The notes: generated by a model not told the origin, from the letters alone. DNA of 64,000 bases from Candidatus Woesebacteria bacterium GW2011_GWB1_33_38 (GCA_000990005.1 LBPF01000006.1:33615-97614); one strand, 5' to 3'; positions 27,943 to 37,819 are shown, numbered from the stretch's first letter. Translations and numbers: made by a program.

Positions 27943-29277
27943 ATGACAGAAGGGGACATTAAAGTTGTGGGTTTGTCTTCAAGTAAAAAGGGCGGTCAAA
28001 CAAACTGGAAGATAATTGGTGCAATTATCGGGATTATTGTTTTGGCTCTAGGTATTGTTGCTGGTATCCTTCTCGTTAAACAGCAACAGGATATTAGGGA
28101 AAAGGCTGAAATTGTTTCTTGTGTTGACCCAACTGTTGAACAGTGTCCTGTAGCTGGTAAACCTGATGTTTTAAGAAATTGCCATCCGCCTCAATCTGAC
28201 AACTCCCCCGTTGAAAGTATTTGCAATGAAGAAGGAAAAATCTCTTTTTGTGGCAATAAGAATTATTGTTGCCCATCAGTAGGTGGATCTTGGACAACTG
28301 ATATGAGCGTTTGTACTTTAGATGTATTTCCTAAAGTAGATTTAATTCCCGCGGAAGCCGAAGTTTCTTGTGCTCAAGGTTTTACGGATTCTTTTGATAC
28401 CATCGATTTGACCAAATGGAACAAAGAAGGTGATGTGAATGTAAATGGTGGAGTACTGGAAGTTAAAAGGGATGAGCCAGGTACGACAAGTTATGATGGT
28501 TTATATACAAAGAATTCCTTTACAGATGATTTTACAGTCGAAGTTGATGTACCTGAAGTTAATAAATCAGGTGATGGTGGTGGTGGTGCTACAATCTTAT
28601 TTACTACAGATACAACAGAGGGTTTGTCGGTTGTTCGACAAAGAAAGAATAACAGGGGCGGTGCTGGTGTTTGGCAAATTACTTCAAGATTGAATGTAGG
28701 TACTAACTTTGATAATGGATTGAAAACATTAGCACAAGGGGCAGTTTCATTTAAAGTAGAACGAAAAGCGGGAAAATTTAAGATTTTTTACAAAACTGGA
28801 GCTAATTATATACTTCTTGATGAACCAACATTAACATTAACAAAGCCAATTCAAAAAATTCATTTATCTGCTATGAACACAGAATATATCGCTTCTGAAT
28901 ATACACTTGTTAAATATGATAACTTTAAAATTTCTTGTTCTGGTAATATTGCTACAACGACTCCAACAGCTACAGCAAGTGCAACTAGCACACCTACTTC
29001 TAGTCCAACACGAACACCTACAACAACACCAACTGCAACAGGGGTCGGAACAGCAACACCAACAGCAACTGGGCAGAGGACTGCAACAGCCACGGCAACA
29101 GTTACTTCAACATCAACATCATCAACAAGTGCGACAAAAACTCCAACAGCTAGAGCCACCGCAACATCAACGTCATCGTCAGCGCCTATTCCAGTAACTG
29201 GAATGAACTTACCAACAATGATTGGTGCAGGTTTTGGTATTCTTATGATTCTGATTTCCCTTGCCCTAGCTTTATAA
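27943..29277 (+). CDS. Surface protein: N-terminal TM, Cys-rich domain, beta-sandwich-like domain, Thr-rich stalk, IPVTG plus C-terminal TM
   Basis: Domain layout read from translation. Confidence 0.8.
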   Translation: MTEGDIKVVGLSSSKKGGQTNWKIIGAIIGIIVLALGIVAGILLVKQQQDIREKAEIVSCVDPTVEQCPVAGKPDVLRNCHPPQSDNSPVESICNEEGKISFCGNKNYCCPSVGGSWTTDMSVCTLDVFPKVDLIPAEAEVSCAQGFTDSFDTIDLTKWNKEGDVNVNGGVLEVKRDEPGTTSYDGLYTKNSFTDDFTVEVDVPEVNKSGDGGGGATILFTTDTTEGLSVVRQRKNNRGGAGVWQITSRLNVGTNFDNGLKTLAQGAVSFKVERKAGKFKIFYKTGANYILLDEPTLTLTKPIQKIHLSAMNTEYIASEYTLVKYDNFKISCSGNIATTTPTATASATSTPTSSPTRTPTTTPTATGVGTATPTATGQRTATATATVTSTSTSSTSATKTPTARATATSTSSSAPIPVTGMNLPTMIGAGFGILMILISLALAL

Positions 29278-29281
29278 TTAC

Positions 29282-29611
29282 ATGAAAAAAGAGCTTAATA
29301 TTGGCTTGCCTGCAGGCAGGCAGGGGTTTATTCAGGCTTTGGGTGTTACCATTTACTGTGGTCTTGTTGGTTTGATTATGTGGAATGGTGATCAAATTTT
29401 TGGCAAAGTAGATACTTTTATAGCTCCAATAACTGCTTTATTGATGTTCTCAGTTTCTGCACTTGTTTGTGGCTTGTTAGTATTTTATAAACCATATTTA
29501 TTATTTTTTCAAAACAAAAAAGAAGAAGCTGTTAAGGTTGTTGTTGCAACTGCTGTCTCTTTGTTTACCATCATCCTCATCCTCTTTGAAGTAATGTATT
29601 TTGTGAAATAA
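29282..29611 (+). CDS. Small membrane protein containing LPAGRQ palindrome
   Basis: Three hydrophobic segments; CTTGCCTGCAGGCAGGCAGG at 29305-29324. Confidence 0.75.
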   Translation: MKKELNIGLPAGRQGFIQALGVTIYCGLVGLIMWNGDQIFGKVDTFIAPITALLMFSVSALVCGLLVFYKPYLLFFQNKKEEAVKVVVATAVSLFTIILILFEVMYFVK

Positions 29612-29648
29612 CACTTGACAGATTGTATGGTTATTGTATAATTATTGT

Positions 29649-29882
29649 ATGACTACAATTAATATATCTTTACCAATTCAATTAAAGTCTGATGCAGAGC
29701 TTTTAGTAGAGAACGGGCTCTATGTGTCTTTTAGTGATTTGGTACGAGATTCAATTAGAAAATTAATCTCCGATGCTAAATATGACCTTTTATATTTACG
29801 AACCAAAAGAGATTATAAGAACGGTAAGGCGACTGTGTTAAAAACACAAAAAGACATTGACGATTATTTCAAAAAACTTTAA
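29649..29882 (+). CDS. RHH antitoxin
   Basis: TTINISLP..GLYVSFSDLVRDSIR; TTGACA-16-TATAAT upstream. Confidence 0.82.
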   Translation: MTTINISLPIQLKSDAELLVENGLYVSFSDLVRDSIRKLISDAKYDLLYLRTKRDYKNGKATVLKTQKDIDDYFKKL

Positions 29883-29887
29883 ACTAA

Positions 29888-30151
29888 TTGAAAGTGTACA
29901 AATTAGTATTTTCAAATAAATTTGAAAAAAGATTAAAAAAATTAACATTTTCAAATAAACCCTTAAAATTTCAGGCTAAAAAGACAGTTGAATTGATATA
30001 CTCTGATATTGACCATCCCTCACTTAGAATGCACAAACTAAGTAATCAAAAATGGTCAGTCTCTGTTAATAAAAGTATTAGAATGATTTTAAAAATTCAT
30101 GATAATGAAATATTTATTTTAGATATCGGAACCCATAACGATGTTTATTAG
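29888..30151 (+). CDS. RelE/YafQ-like toxin
   Basis: F.KRLKKL..HPSLRMHKL..WSVSV..R..DIGTHNDVY. Confidence 0.85.
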   Translation: MKVYKLVFSNKFEKRLKKLTFSNKPLKFQAKKTVELIYSDIDHPSLRMHKLSNQKWSVSVNKSIRMILKIHDNEIFILDIGTHNDVY

Positions 30152-30169
30152 TTGTATAATTGAAAATAT

Positions 30170-30784
30170 ATGGATATCGAATGGGAAGCAAAGTTTTTAA
30201 ATGTAAATAGGGATGAACTTCGAGAAAAACTTAAATCAACTGGAGCTAAATTAATCAAACCTGAAACACTTTTCAAAAGAGCAGTTTTTTATTTACCAAA
30301 AGGACACGAGATTGAAGGCGGTTGGCTTAGAGTTAGAGATGAAGGAGATAGGATAACAATGAGTTTAAAAGCTACTGTTAATGGAAGTATCGATAATCAA
30401 AAAGAAACAATGGTGATCGTAGATAATTACGATAACGCAAGACAGTTGCTAAAAGATATTGGCTGTATAGAAAAAGCATATCAAGAAACAAAGCGAGAAA
30501 CCTGGAAATTAAATGATGTAGAAATAACAATTGATGAATGGCCATATTTAGAACCTTACACAGAAATTGAGGGATCTTCAGAAGAAGAAATTAAAAAAGT
30601 AGCTGAACTGTTAGGTTTTGATTATTCCCAAGCAGTTTTTGGCTCTGCTGACCAAATAATCGGAAAAAAATATAGTATTCCAGAAGATGCAGTAAATAAT
30701 GAAATTCCAAGAATTGTTTTTAATGAACCTAATCCATATTTAGCTTGGATAGAGAAAAACAAAATTTACTTCATAAATTTTTAA
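30170..30784 (+). CDS. CYTH domain protein
   Basis: IEWEAKF, WLRVRDEG, EIEG. Confidence 0.9.
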   Translation: MDIEWEAKFLNVNRDELREKLKSTGAKLIKPETLFKRAVFYLPKGHEIEGGWLRVRDEGDRITMSLKATVNGSIDNQKETMVIVDNYDNARQLLKDIGCIEKAYQETKRETWKLNDVEITIDEWPYLEPYTEIEGSSEEEIKKVAELLGFDYSQAVFGSADQIIGKKYSIPEDAVNNEIPRIVFNEPNPYLAWIEKNKIYFINF

Positions 30785-30951
30785 GCTTCTTTTTAATATT
30801 TAGGATTTAAACTTCTTTGTTATTGCTTGGTGTAGGTTTAGGTTTTGCGGATTGAAGGCAACGTATATGATATTACAAATAAGCCTGGCTCGCAAAATGC
30901 TTCAAGATTTGAGGCTAGGCAGTTTATCTAATTGATGCTACAATTTTTCTG

Positions 30952-31701
30952 ATGAATGAAGTTTTAAACCTCTTTCTTTTGGCTCTTTTAGGTAGTGTAA
31001 TTGCTTTGTTTGGCGGAGTTGTTTTTTTGTACAACAGATCATTGTCGTCAACTTTAGAAAAGTATTCTGTTCCTTTTGCTGCAGGAGTTTTAGTCACAGT
31101 TTCACTTTTAGGTTTAATTCCAGAATCTGAACATGAAATAGGGGAAATATCACATTGGATAGTCTTGGGCTCTTTTTTAGGAGTTTACCTTTTTGAACAT
31201 TTGTTTTTTGGTATTCACCACCATGGTGACGGAGATGATCATCATGAGATTAAGGATTCTTCAATCGGACTTGTCATATTTGGTGACACAATTCATAATT
31301 TTATTGATGGTGTAGCAATAGGGGCAAGTTTTATGATTAACCCAAATTTAGGATTAATTACAGCCTTTTCAACATTCTTGCATGAGGTTCCTCATGAGAT
31401 AGGGGACTTTGGAATTTTATTAAAAGCGGGATGGAAAAATTCTAGGATTCTTTTAATTAATATTTTTTCATCATTAACTACAATAATTGGAGCTTTTCTA
31501 GTTTACCTCTTTAATAGTAACGATTATTTAAACGGTTCTTTAATGGCAGTTTCTGCTGGAGTTTTCTTGTATTTAGGAGCAAGTGACTTTTTGCCAAAAA
31601 TCAAAGAACAAAAACTTCATAAGCTTAAATCAATACTTCCATTAATTCTAGGTTCCGCAATTATTATTCTGACTTTACTATTAATCCCTCATGAACATTA
31701 A
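30952..31701 (+). CDS. ZIP family metal transporter
   Basis: His-rich loop, HNFIDG, HEVPHEIGD. Confidence 0.93.
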   Translation: MNEVLNLFLLALLGSVIALFGGVVFLYNRSLSSTLEKYSVPFAAGVLVTVSLLGLIPESEHEIGEISHWIVLGSFLGVYLFEHLFFGIHHHGDGDDHHEIKDSSIGLVIFGDTIHNFIDGVAIGASFMINPNLGLITAFSTFLHEVPHEIGDFGILLKAGWKNSRILLINIFSSLTTIIGAFLVYLFNSNDYLNGSLMAVSAGVFLYLGASDFLPKIKEQKLHKLKSILPLILGSAIIILTLLLIPHEH

Positions 31702-31721
31702 ATAATATATAATAGCAAACT

Positions 31722-33182
31722 ATGCTTCATGTAATTGACTTATCATTTGGCTTTGGAGAAAAACCTCTATACACTGGGGTCAATTTTCGTGTATCAAAAG
31801 GTCAAAAAGTTGGCTTAGTTGGACCAAATGGCTCAGGAAAGTCTACACTTTTTTCAATAATTAAAGGTGAAGAAAATGGGTTTACTGGAAGTGTAAAAAT
31901 TAATGCAACAGTTGGATTAGTTCCACAAGAAATAAAATATGACGCAATTATGGAAAATTCCAAAACGGTAAGAAATTATGTTGATTCTGAAAATAAACTT
32001 ATAGATTTTGAAATAATTAAAATGTTTAAAGGTTTGGAATTAAATATTAGCTTAGATCACAACCCAATAACTTTATCAGGTGGCCAAAAAACTAAACTAG
32101 CTCTTGCTCGAGCACTTTTTCAAAATCCAGATCTGTTACTTCTTGATGAACCAACCAATTTTATGGATAAGGAAGGAAAAGATTGGGTGATGAGATTTTT
32201 AGCAAATTATAAAGGTGCGATAATTGTAATCTCGCATGATTTGGAATTGATGGACCAATCAATAGATAAAATACTTGCAGTTACTCCTTATAACTCAACA
32301 ATAGTTGAATATAAAGGAACTTATTCAGATTATATCCGCCTTAAAAAACAGAAAGAAGAAAATTTAAGAAAAGAATTAGAAATTAAATCAAGACACTTAA
32401 AAAGAACTGAAGAAAGATATAATAATTCAAGGGCAGTAGCTACAAAATCAATACTTCGAAAGAAAATGGAAAGAGAAAGAGAAAATTTACCAGAGGTTCC
32501 ACCTGGAATTAGAAAGATATCAATTCGTCTGCCTGAACCAAAACGGATTGGAGAAGTACCATTAAAGACCTCATCAATAAAGAAAAGTTATGAAGATTTA
32601 GAAGTTTTAAAAGGAGTAGATTTTACAATTTTAAGAGGAGAAAAGATTGCCTTAATTGGTTCAAACGGAACAGGGAAGTCAACATTTATTAAAATTTTGA
32701 TGGATATAACCAAACCAGATGGTGGAGAAATATATAGAAATTCAGATCTATCAGTTGGCTATTATTCACAGGAATTTGAAACGTTTGATTTTAAAAATAG
32801 CGTAATTGAAGCCTTTACTGATTTTACTAAAATGAATGAAGGAATGGCTAGAGGTTTTTTAGCTAGATTTATGCTTTCTGGTCAGAAAGTATTTCAAAGA
32901 GTTGGAAGTTTATCAGGAGGAGAAAAAACAAGACTTTCAATTGCCTGTCTTACAGGAAAAGACAATAATTTACTTATTCTTGATGAACCAACAACTTATC
33001 TTGATGTGATGAGTCAAAGAATTATTTTAGAGTCCTTAAAAGAGTATAAAGGGACAATGATAATAGTTTCTCACTCGCCAGAATTCATGAAAGAACTAAA
33101 ACCTGATAAAGCATATCTATTCCCAGAGCATAGAATGGTTTATTGGGACAATGAACTTATAGATAGAATTGGAGAAGTGTAG
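31722..33182 (+). CDS. ABC-F family ATP-binding protein
   Basis: Two ABC domains (GPNGSGKS, GSNGTGKS, LSGG, DEPT), no TM. Confidence 0.93.
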   Translation: MLHVIDLSFGFGEKPLYTGVNFRVSKGQKVGLVGPNGSGKSTLFSIIKGEENGFTGSVKINATVGLVPQEIKYDAIMENSKTVRNYVDSENKLIDFEIIKMFKGLELNISLDHNPITLSGGQKTKLALARALFQNPDLLLLDEPTNFMDKEGKDWVMRFLANYKGAIIVISHDLELMDQSIDKILAVTPYNSTIVEYKGTYSDYIRLKKQKEENLRKELEIKSRHLKRTEERYNNSRAVATKSILRKKMERERENLPEVPPGIRKISIRLPEPKRIGEVPLKTSSIKKSYEDLEVLKGVDFTILRGEKIALIGSNGTGKSTFIKILMDITKPDGGEIYRNSDLSVGYYSQEFETFDFKNSVIEAFTDFTKMNEGMARGFLARFMLSGQKVFQRVGSLSGGEKTRLSIACLTGKDNNLLILDEPTTYLDVMSQRIILESLKEYKGTMIIVSHSPEFMKELKPDKAYLFPEHRMVYWDNELIDRIGEV

Positions 33183-33201
33183 AAAGTGTTAAAATAAATT
33201 T

Positions 33202-33447
33202 ATGGCCAATAAAAATAAAAGGGAAATTGTATATGCATTTATAGACAGCCAAAATTTAAATTTAGGTACAGGTAAAGATATTGTTAAGAATGGAAGGTTG
33301 GTATACAAAGGTTGGAAACTAGATTTTAAAAGATTTAAAAAGTATCTGACTGATAAATTTAGAGTTACTAAGGCATTTTTGTTTATTGTTTTTATCAAAA
33401 AACAAACTTATTTTGAACCAAAAAAAATCGGAGGGCGTTGCGAATAG
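33202..33447 (+). pseudogene. NYN-domain (LabA/DUF88) gene, internally deleted or truncated
   Basis: AFIDSQNL..W.LDFKRF..YL; lacks the K.VD and SGD motifs seen in the intact copy. Confidence 0.75.
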
Positions 33448-33518
33448 ACACGTAGTCTAATGTTCGTATTCCTCCTAATGATTATGTAATTATAATTTAT
33501 ATGTATAACAAAAGTCAA
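33420..33518 (-). ncRNA. Candidate antisense sRNA unit (promoter, hairpin, U8) over NYN 3' end
   Basis: TTGACT-18-TATAAT on minus strand; GGAGG/CCTCC, CGAA/TTCG, TAGAC/GTCTA stems; T8. Confidence 0.55.
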
Positions 33519-33535
33519 GGAAATGGGGTTAAAAT

Positions 33536-34510
33536 ATGAGCCTATCAGTTGGGATAGTGGGGTTACCAAACGTGGGCAAGTCCACGTTGTTTAATGCTCT
33601 TTTAAAAAAGCAACAGGCATATGTTGCCAATTTTCCATTCGCTACAATAGAACCAAACATAGGAGTGGTTCCAGTTCCCGATGAAAGATTAAACAAATTA
33701 AGTCCCATATACAATAATGCTCCTATTGTTCCTGCAACTTGCGAATTTGTGGATATTGCAGGTTTAATTGAAGGAGCCAGCAAAGGTGAAGGTTTGGGAA
33801 ATAAATTCCTAAATCATATCAGACAAGTTGATGCTATTTGTTTTGTACTTCGAGCTTTTTCAGACCCTGACATAATCAAGCAAGGTGTAAAAGATCCAAA
33901 ATCAGATTTAGAGATATTACGATTAGAACTAGATCTTGCAGACGCAGAGATGGAAGAAAAACATTTAAAGAAAAAAAACGCAGATACTGAAAGTCTTCAG
34001 TATTTTAAGGACAAGCCCTTTTTGGTTGTTTTAAATGTTGATGAAACTGATGTTGCTAAAAGCGCAGAATTAGAGGAAAAGTATGCAAATGAACTTGGAG
34101 TGAATAGGGATCAAATAGTAGCCATTTGCGCCAAAGTAGAGTCAGAACTTGCAGATCTTTTACTCGAAGAACAAAAAGAATACTTAAAAGAAATTGGCGC
34201 CAGTTTAGGAGCTTTGGACAAATTGATTCAAAAAGCATTTAAGACATTGGGGTTAATAACATTTTTGACAGCAGGAGAAAAAGAAGTTAGAGCTTGGACA
34301 ATTAATGAGGGGATTACGGCACAAGACGCAAGCGGTGTAATTCATACTGATTTTATGAATAAATTTATAAAAGCTGATGTTTGTGATTTTAATGATTTTG
34401 TAAATAATGGTGGGTGGAAACAGAATAGGGAATTAGGTAAAGTTAGAAGTGAGGGAAGGGATTACATTGTAAAAGACGGAGATGTTATTGAATTTAAGAT
34501 TGGTTCTTAG
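33536..34510 (+). CDS. ychF: Ribosome-binding ATPase YchF
   Basis: GIVGLPNVGKST, NFPFATIEPN, GEGLGNKFL, TGS domain. Confidence 0.95.
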   Translation: MSLSVGIVGLPNVGKSTLFNALLKKQQAYVANFPFATIEPNIGVVPVPDERLNKLSPIYNNAPIVPATCEFVDIAGLIEGASKGEGLGNKFLNHIRQVDAICFVLRAFSDPDIIKQGVKDPKSDLEILRLELDLADAEMEEKHLKKKNADTESLQYFKDKPFLVVLNVDETDVAKSAELEEKYANELGVNRDQIVAICAKVESELADLLLEEQKEYLKEIGASLGALDKLIQKAFKTLGLITFLTAGEKEVRAWTINEGITAQDASGVIHTDFMNKFIKADVCDFNDFVNNGGWKQNRELGKVRSEGRDYIVKDGDVIEFKIGS

Positions 34511-34527
34511 TATACTAACCAAGTTAC

Positions 34528-34809
34528 ATGAAAAACTATGAATTAACACTAATTTTAGAGGGAAAAGCGACTTCTGCCAAGAAAAAGGCTGTTTTGGAAT
34601 CTTTGGAGAAGGTTGTCAAAATGTTTAAAGGTAAAATGGAGAAAGTTGAGGATTGGGGAGTAAAAGAAATGTTTCATGAAATAAAGAAAAATAAGGAAGG
34701 GACTTATTTACATATTCCTCTTGAATTTGAACCTAGTAGTTTAAAAAGTTTGGAAGTAAAATTGAAAGCTGAAGAAAATATATTAAGATATTTAATAGTA
34801 AAATCATGA
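34528..34809 (+). CDS. rpsF: 30S ribosomal protein S6
   Basis: NYEL..DWG.K..ILRYL; rpsF-ssb-rpsR order. Confidence 0.93.
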   Translation: MKNYELTLILEGKATSAKKKAVLESLEKVVKMFKGKMEKVEDWGVKEMFHEIKKNKEGTYLHIPLEFEPSSLKSLEVKLKAEENILRYLIVKS

Positions 34810-35258
34810 AATCATTAAACAAAGTACAATTAATTGGAAATTTAACCCGCGATCCAGAATTAAAATATACTCCAACCGGAACTGCCATCTGTAGTTTTAC
34901 CGTAGCAACAAACAGAAGTTGGACAACAGATACGGGAGAGAAAAAAGAAGAAGCTGATTTTACCAGAATTGTGGCATGGCAAAAATTAGCTGAGATTTGT
35001 GGAAACTTACTTAAAAAAGGAAGAAAAGTATATGTAGAAGGCAGGCTTTCAAATAGGAGTTATCAAGATAAAGATGGGGTAACAAAATATATTTCAGAAG
35101 TTGTAATTAATGATATGATTTTACTTGATTCAAAGCCAACAGGAGATAGTGACTTTAATGTTCCAGAACCAACTGAATCACCTGTAGCGGAAGAAGTAGA
35201 GAAAAAAGAAAAGGTAAAAGAAGAAGAAGAAGTAACAGCAGACGATATACCGTTCTAA
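34806..35258 (+). CDS. ssb: Single-stranded DNA-binding protein
   Basis: NKVQLIGNLTRDPE, DDIPF tail. Confidence 0.97.
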   Translation: MKSLNKVQLIGNLTRDPELKYTPTGTAICSFTVATNRSWTTDTGEKKEEADFTRIVAWQKLAEICGNLLKKGRKVYVEGRLSNRSYQDKDGVTKYISEVVINDMILLDSKPTGDSDFNVPEPTESPVAEEVEKKEKVKEEEEVTADDIPF

Positions 35259-35297
35259 ATTAATAGTTAAGAGTTAATAATTAATAATTGAAAAACC

Positions 35298-35537
35298 ATG
35301 GCAGCCAAGAAAAAATTTAAGAAACAAATAAGAAAAGAAAGACCACTTTCAACCAAGTGTCTTTTCTGTGAAGCTAAAAAAGATCCTGATTACAAAAATT
35401 ATGCTGATTTATCAAAATATTTGTCCGACCGAGGTAGAATCTTTTCAAGAGAAAGAAGTGGGGTTTGTTCAAAACATCAAAGAAAACTTGCATCAGAAGT
35501 AAAAAGAGCAAGGTTTTTGGCACTTCTCCCTTACTAA
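35298..35537 (+). CDS. rpsR: 30S ribosomal protein S18
   Basis: DYKN, KHQR, KRARFLALLPY. Confidence 0.96.
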   Translation: MAAKKKFKKQIRKERPLSTKCLFCEAKKDPDYKNYADLSKYLSDRGRIFSRERSGVCSKHQRKLASEVKRARFLALLPY

Positions 35538-35562
35538 AATCTACAGTATTATTAATTCTTGT

Positions 35563-36807
35563 ATGAATTCTCTAAAAGTAAATTTTTCATTTGTTAGAAA
35601 GACAATTTTAATTACCCTTTTTGTTGGTATTATTTTTTCTTCTGGATATATATTTGGTCTTAATGGTTTTAAGCTTGAGACTGGTGGTTTTCCAAAGATT
35701 AAAATTTCAAGAGAAATCCCTAATAATCATGAGGACGTTGACTTTGCACTTTTTTGGAGAGTTTGGGATACTTTGGATTCTTCATACTATGACAAGTCTA
35801 AAATAAACGTATCAAAAATGGTCTATGGTGCAATTTCTGGTATGGTAGCGTCTTTGGGTGATCCTTACACAGCTTTTCTTCCTCCTGAAGAAAATAAAGT
35901 AGTTGAAGAAGATCTGTCTGGTTCGTTTGAAGGAGTGGGAATTCAAATAGGGTTTAAAGGTAAAAACCTAGCAGTTATCGCTCCACTTCCTGGTTCACCT
36001 GCAGAAAAAGCTGGAATTAAGGCAGGGGATTTTATTGTTGGCATTAAAGATGAAGTTAAAAAGATTGATACGGGAACTTCAGGAATTACACTTAGCGATG
36101 CTGTAAAAATAATTAGAGGTAAGGCAAACACTAAAGTAACACTACTTCTTTTAAGAGATGTGTCAAATGAGCCAATTACTGTTACTGTAGAAAGAGCCAA
36201 GCTTGATGTGCCTTCTGTTGCTGTTTCATTTGTAGAGAATGGGACTATAGTCCATATAAAATTACTTAAATTTGGTGCAGATACTGACACTGAGTGGAAC
36301 AAGGCTGTACAAGAAGTTATAAATCATAAACCAACGGTAATTGGAATTATTCTTGACCTTAGAAATAACCCAGGTGGTTATTTACAAGGCTCGGTTGATA
36401 TTGCAGGTGAATTTTTAGACAAAGGTTCAGTTGTTGTTATTGAAGACAGGGGAGTACTCAAAAATGATTTTAAAACAGATCGGATTGGGAGTTTTACAAA
36501 CAAAAATGTTATTATTTTAGTTAATGCTGGTAGTGCTTCAGCTTCTGAAATTCTAGCGGGAGCTTTGTCTGAAACTAAGGGTTATAAATTAATAGGGGAG
36601 ACTACTTTTGGCAAAGGAACAATTCAGGAACCTCTACAACTTGAAAAAGGAAGCAGTCTTCACATCACAACTGCAAAATGGTTAACACCAAAGGGTGTGT
36701 GGGTTAATGAAAAAGGGATTACTCCTGATTTAGTAATTGAAGATAATCCTGATACCATCATCGACGAGCAACTCCAAGAAGCTATAAAACAAGTAACTAG
36801 AAGTTAG
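35563..36807 (+). CDS. S41 carboxy-terminal processing protease
   Basis: LGDPY, PDZ, DLRNNPGG, SASASE, TFGKG. Confidence 0.94.
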   Translation: MNSLKVNFSFVRKTILITLFVGIIFSSGYIFGLNGFKLETGGFPKIKISREIPNNHEDVDFALFWRVWDTLDSSYYDKSKINVSKMVYGAISGMVASLGDPYTAFLPPEENKVVEEDLSGSFEGVGIQIGFKGKNLAVIAPLPGSPAEKAGIKAGDFIVGIKDEVKKIDTGTSGITLSDAVKIIRGKANTKVTLLLLRDVSNEPITVTVERAKLDVPSVAVSFVENGTIVHIKLLKFGADTDTEWNKAVQEVINHKPTVIGIILDLRNNPGGYLQGSVDIAGEFLDKGSVVVIEDRGVLKNDFKTDRIGSFTNKNVIILVNAGSASASEILAGALSETKGYKLIGETTFGKGTIQEPLQLEKGSSLHITTAKWLTPKGVWVNEKGITPDLVIEDNPDTIIDEQLQEAIKQVTRS

Positions 36808-37514
36808 GAATTAGAATTTAGATTTTTTGTAAGCTCAATTACTTTTTCTAAGTTTCCCTCTACAATTGATTCAAGGTTGCCCCAGGATTTTTTTAATCTA
36901 TGATCTGTAATTCTATCCTGTGGAAAATTATATGTTCTTATTTTTTCGCTTCTCTTGCCACTTCCAATTGCTGATCTATAACCTGTAATTTTAGTTAATT
37001 TTTCTTCTTCTTGTTTTTCCCAGAGCTTGGATCTTAAAAGTGACAATGCAATTATTCTATTTTGTTCTTGGAATCTTTCTTCTCTTGATTGGACCACAAT
37101 ACCTGTTGGGATATGCTTTAGTCTTACTGCAGTAGCTACCTTATTTACATTTTGTCCTCCATGACCTCCTGCTGTTGTAAACTGCCACTCCAACTCCTGT
37201 GAGTTAATTTGCACATCAGTTTCTTTAACTTCAGGTAATACTACTACTGTTGCGGTTGATGTGTGGATCCTTCCCCTTTTTTCTGTTGTTGGCACTCTTT
37301 GAACCCTATGAACTCCTGATTCATTTTTAAGATCGTCAAATACACCAAAACCTGTTATTTTTAAGGTCAGTTCATCAATTTGAGATTGTTTCCAATTTTT
37401 CTTAGTTGCAAATCTTCCGTACATGCGAAGTAGATCTTGTCCCCAGAGCTTGGCTTCATCTCCACCAGTAGCACCACGGATTTCTAAATATACTATTTGG
37501 TTATTTGGATACAT
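36804..37514 (-). CDS. prfA: Peptide chain release factor 1, lacking N-terminal domain 1
   Basis: HRVQRVPTT (PxT), [15 protein letters not shown]; follows rpmE. Confidence 0.88.
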   Translation of the reverse strand: MYPNNQIVYLEIRGATGGDEAKLWGQDLLRMYGRFATKKNWKQSQIDELTLKITGFGVFDDLKNESGVHRVQRVPTTEKRGRIHTSTATVVVLPEVKETDVQINSQELEWQFTTAGGHGGQNVNKVATAVRLKHIPTGIVVQSREERFQEQNRIIALSLLRSKLWEKQEEEKLTKITGYRSAIGSGKRSEKIRTYNFPQDRITDHRLKKSWGNLESIVEGNLEKVIELTKNLNSNS

Positions 37515-37818
37515 GTTTACGAAGGGCTTCAAGTGTGTCTGGTCTATTCATTTCTTCATTTATCTTCTTTTCTCTTTTTAACTTTCTCTTATCTGCCTTA
37601 CTGACATTTTTAGTGGATTTACCTGTCATTTTGGTTTTAAACTTTTCAACTCTACCTGCAGTATCTAAAAATTTCATTTGTCCAGTATAGAAAGGGTGGC
37701 ATTTACTACAGACATCAACACGAACTTCTTCAGTTGTAGCACCGACCGTAAAAGTATTTCCACAAGCACAAGTAACTTTTGCATCTTTAAACCATTTAGG
37801 ATGAATAGCTGTTTTCAT
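37501..37818 (-). CDS. rpmE: 50S ribosomal protein L31 with C-terminal extension
   Basis: [26 protein letters not shown]. Confidence 0.96.
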   Translation of the reverse strand: MKTAIHPKWFKDAKVTCACGNTFTVGATTEEVRVDVCSKCHPFYTGQMKFLDTAGRVEKFKTKMTGKSTKNVSKADKRKLKREKKINEEMNRPDTLEALRKHVSK

Positions 37819-37819
37819 A

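Noticed and set aside
30790-30930. Possible methyltransferase remnant on minus strand (LEAFCEPGLFVISYTLP)
   Set aside because: Too short and interrupted by stops to support without a search
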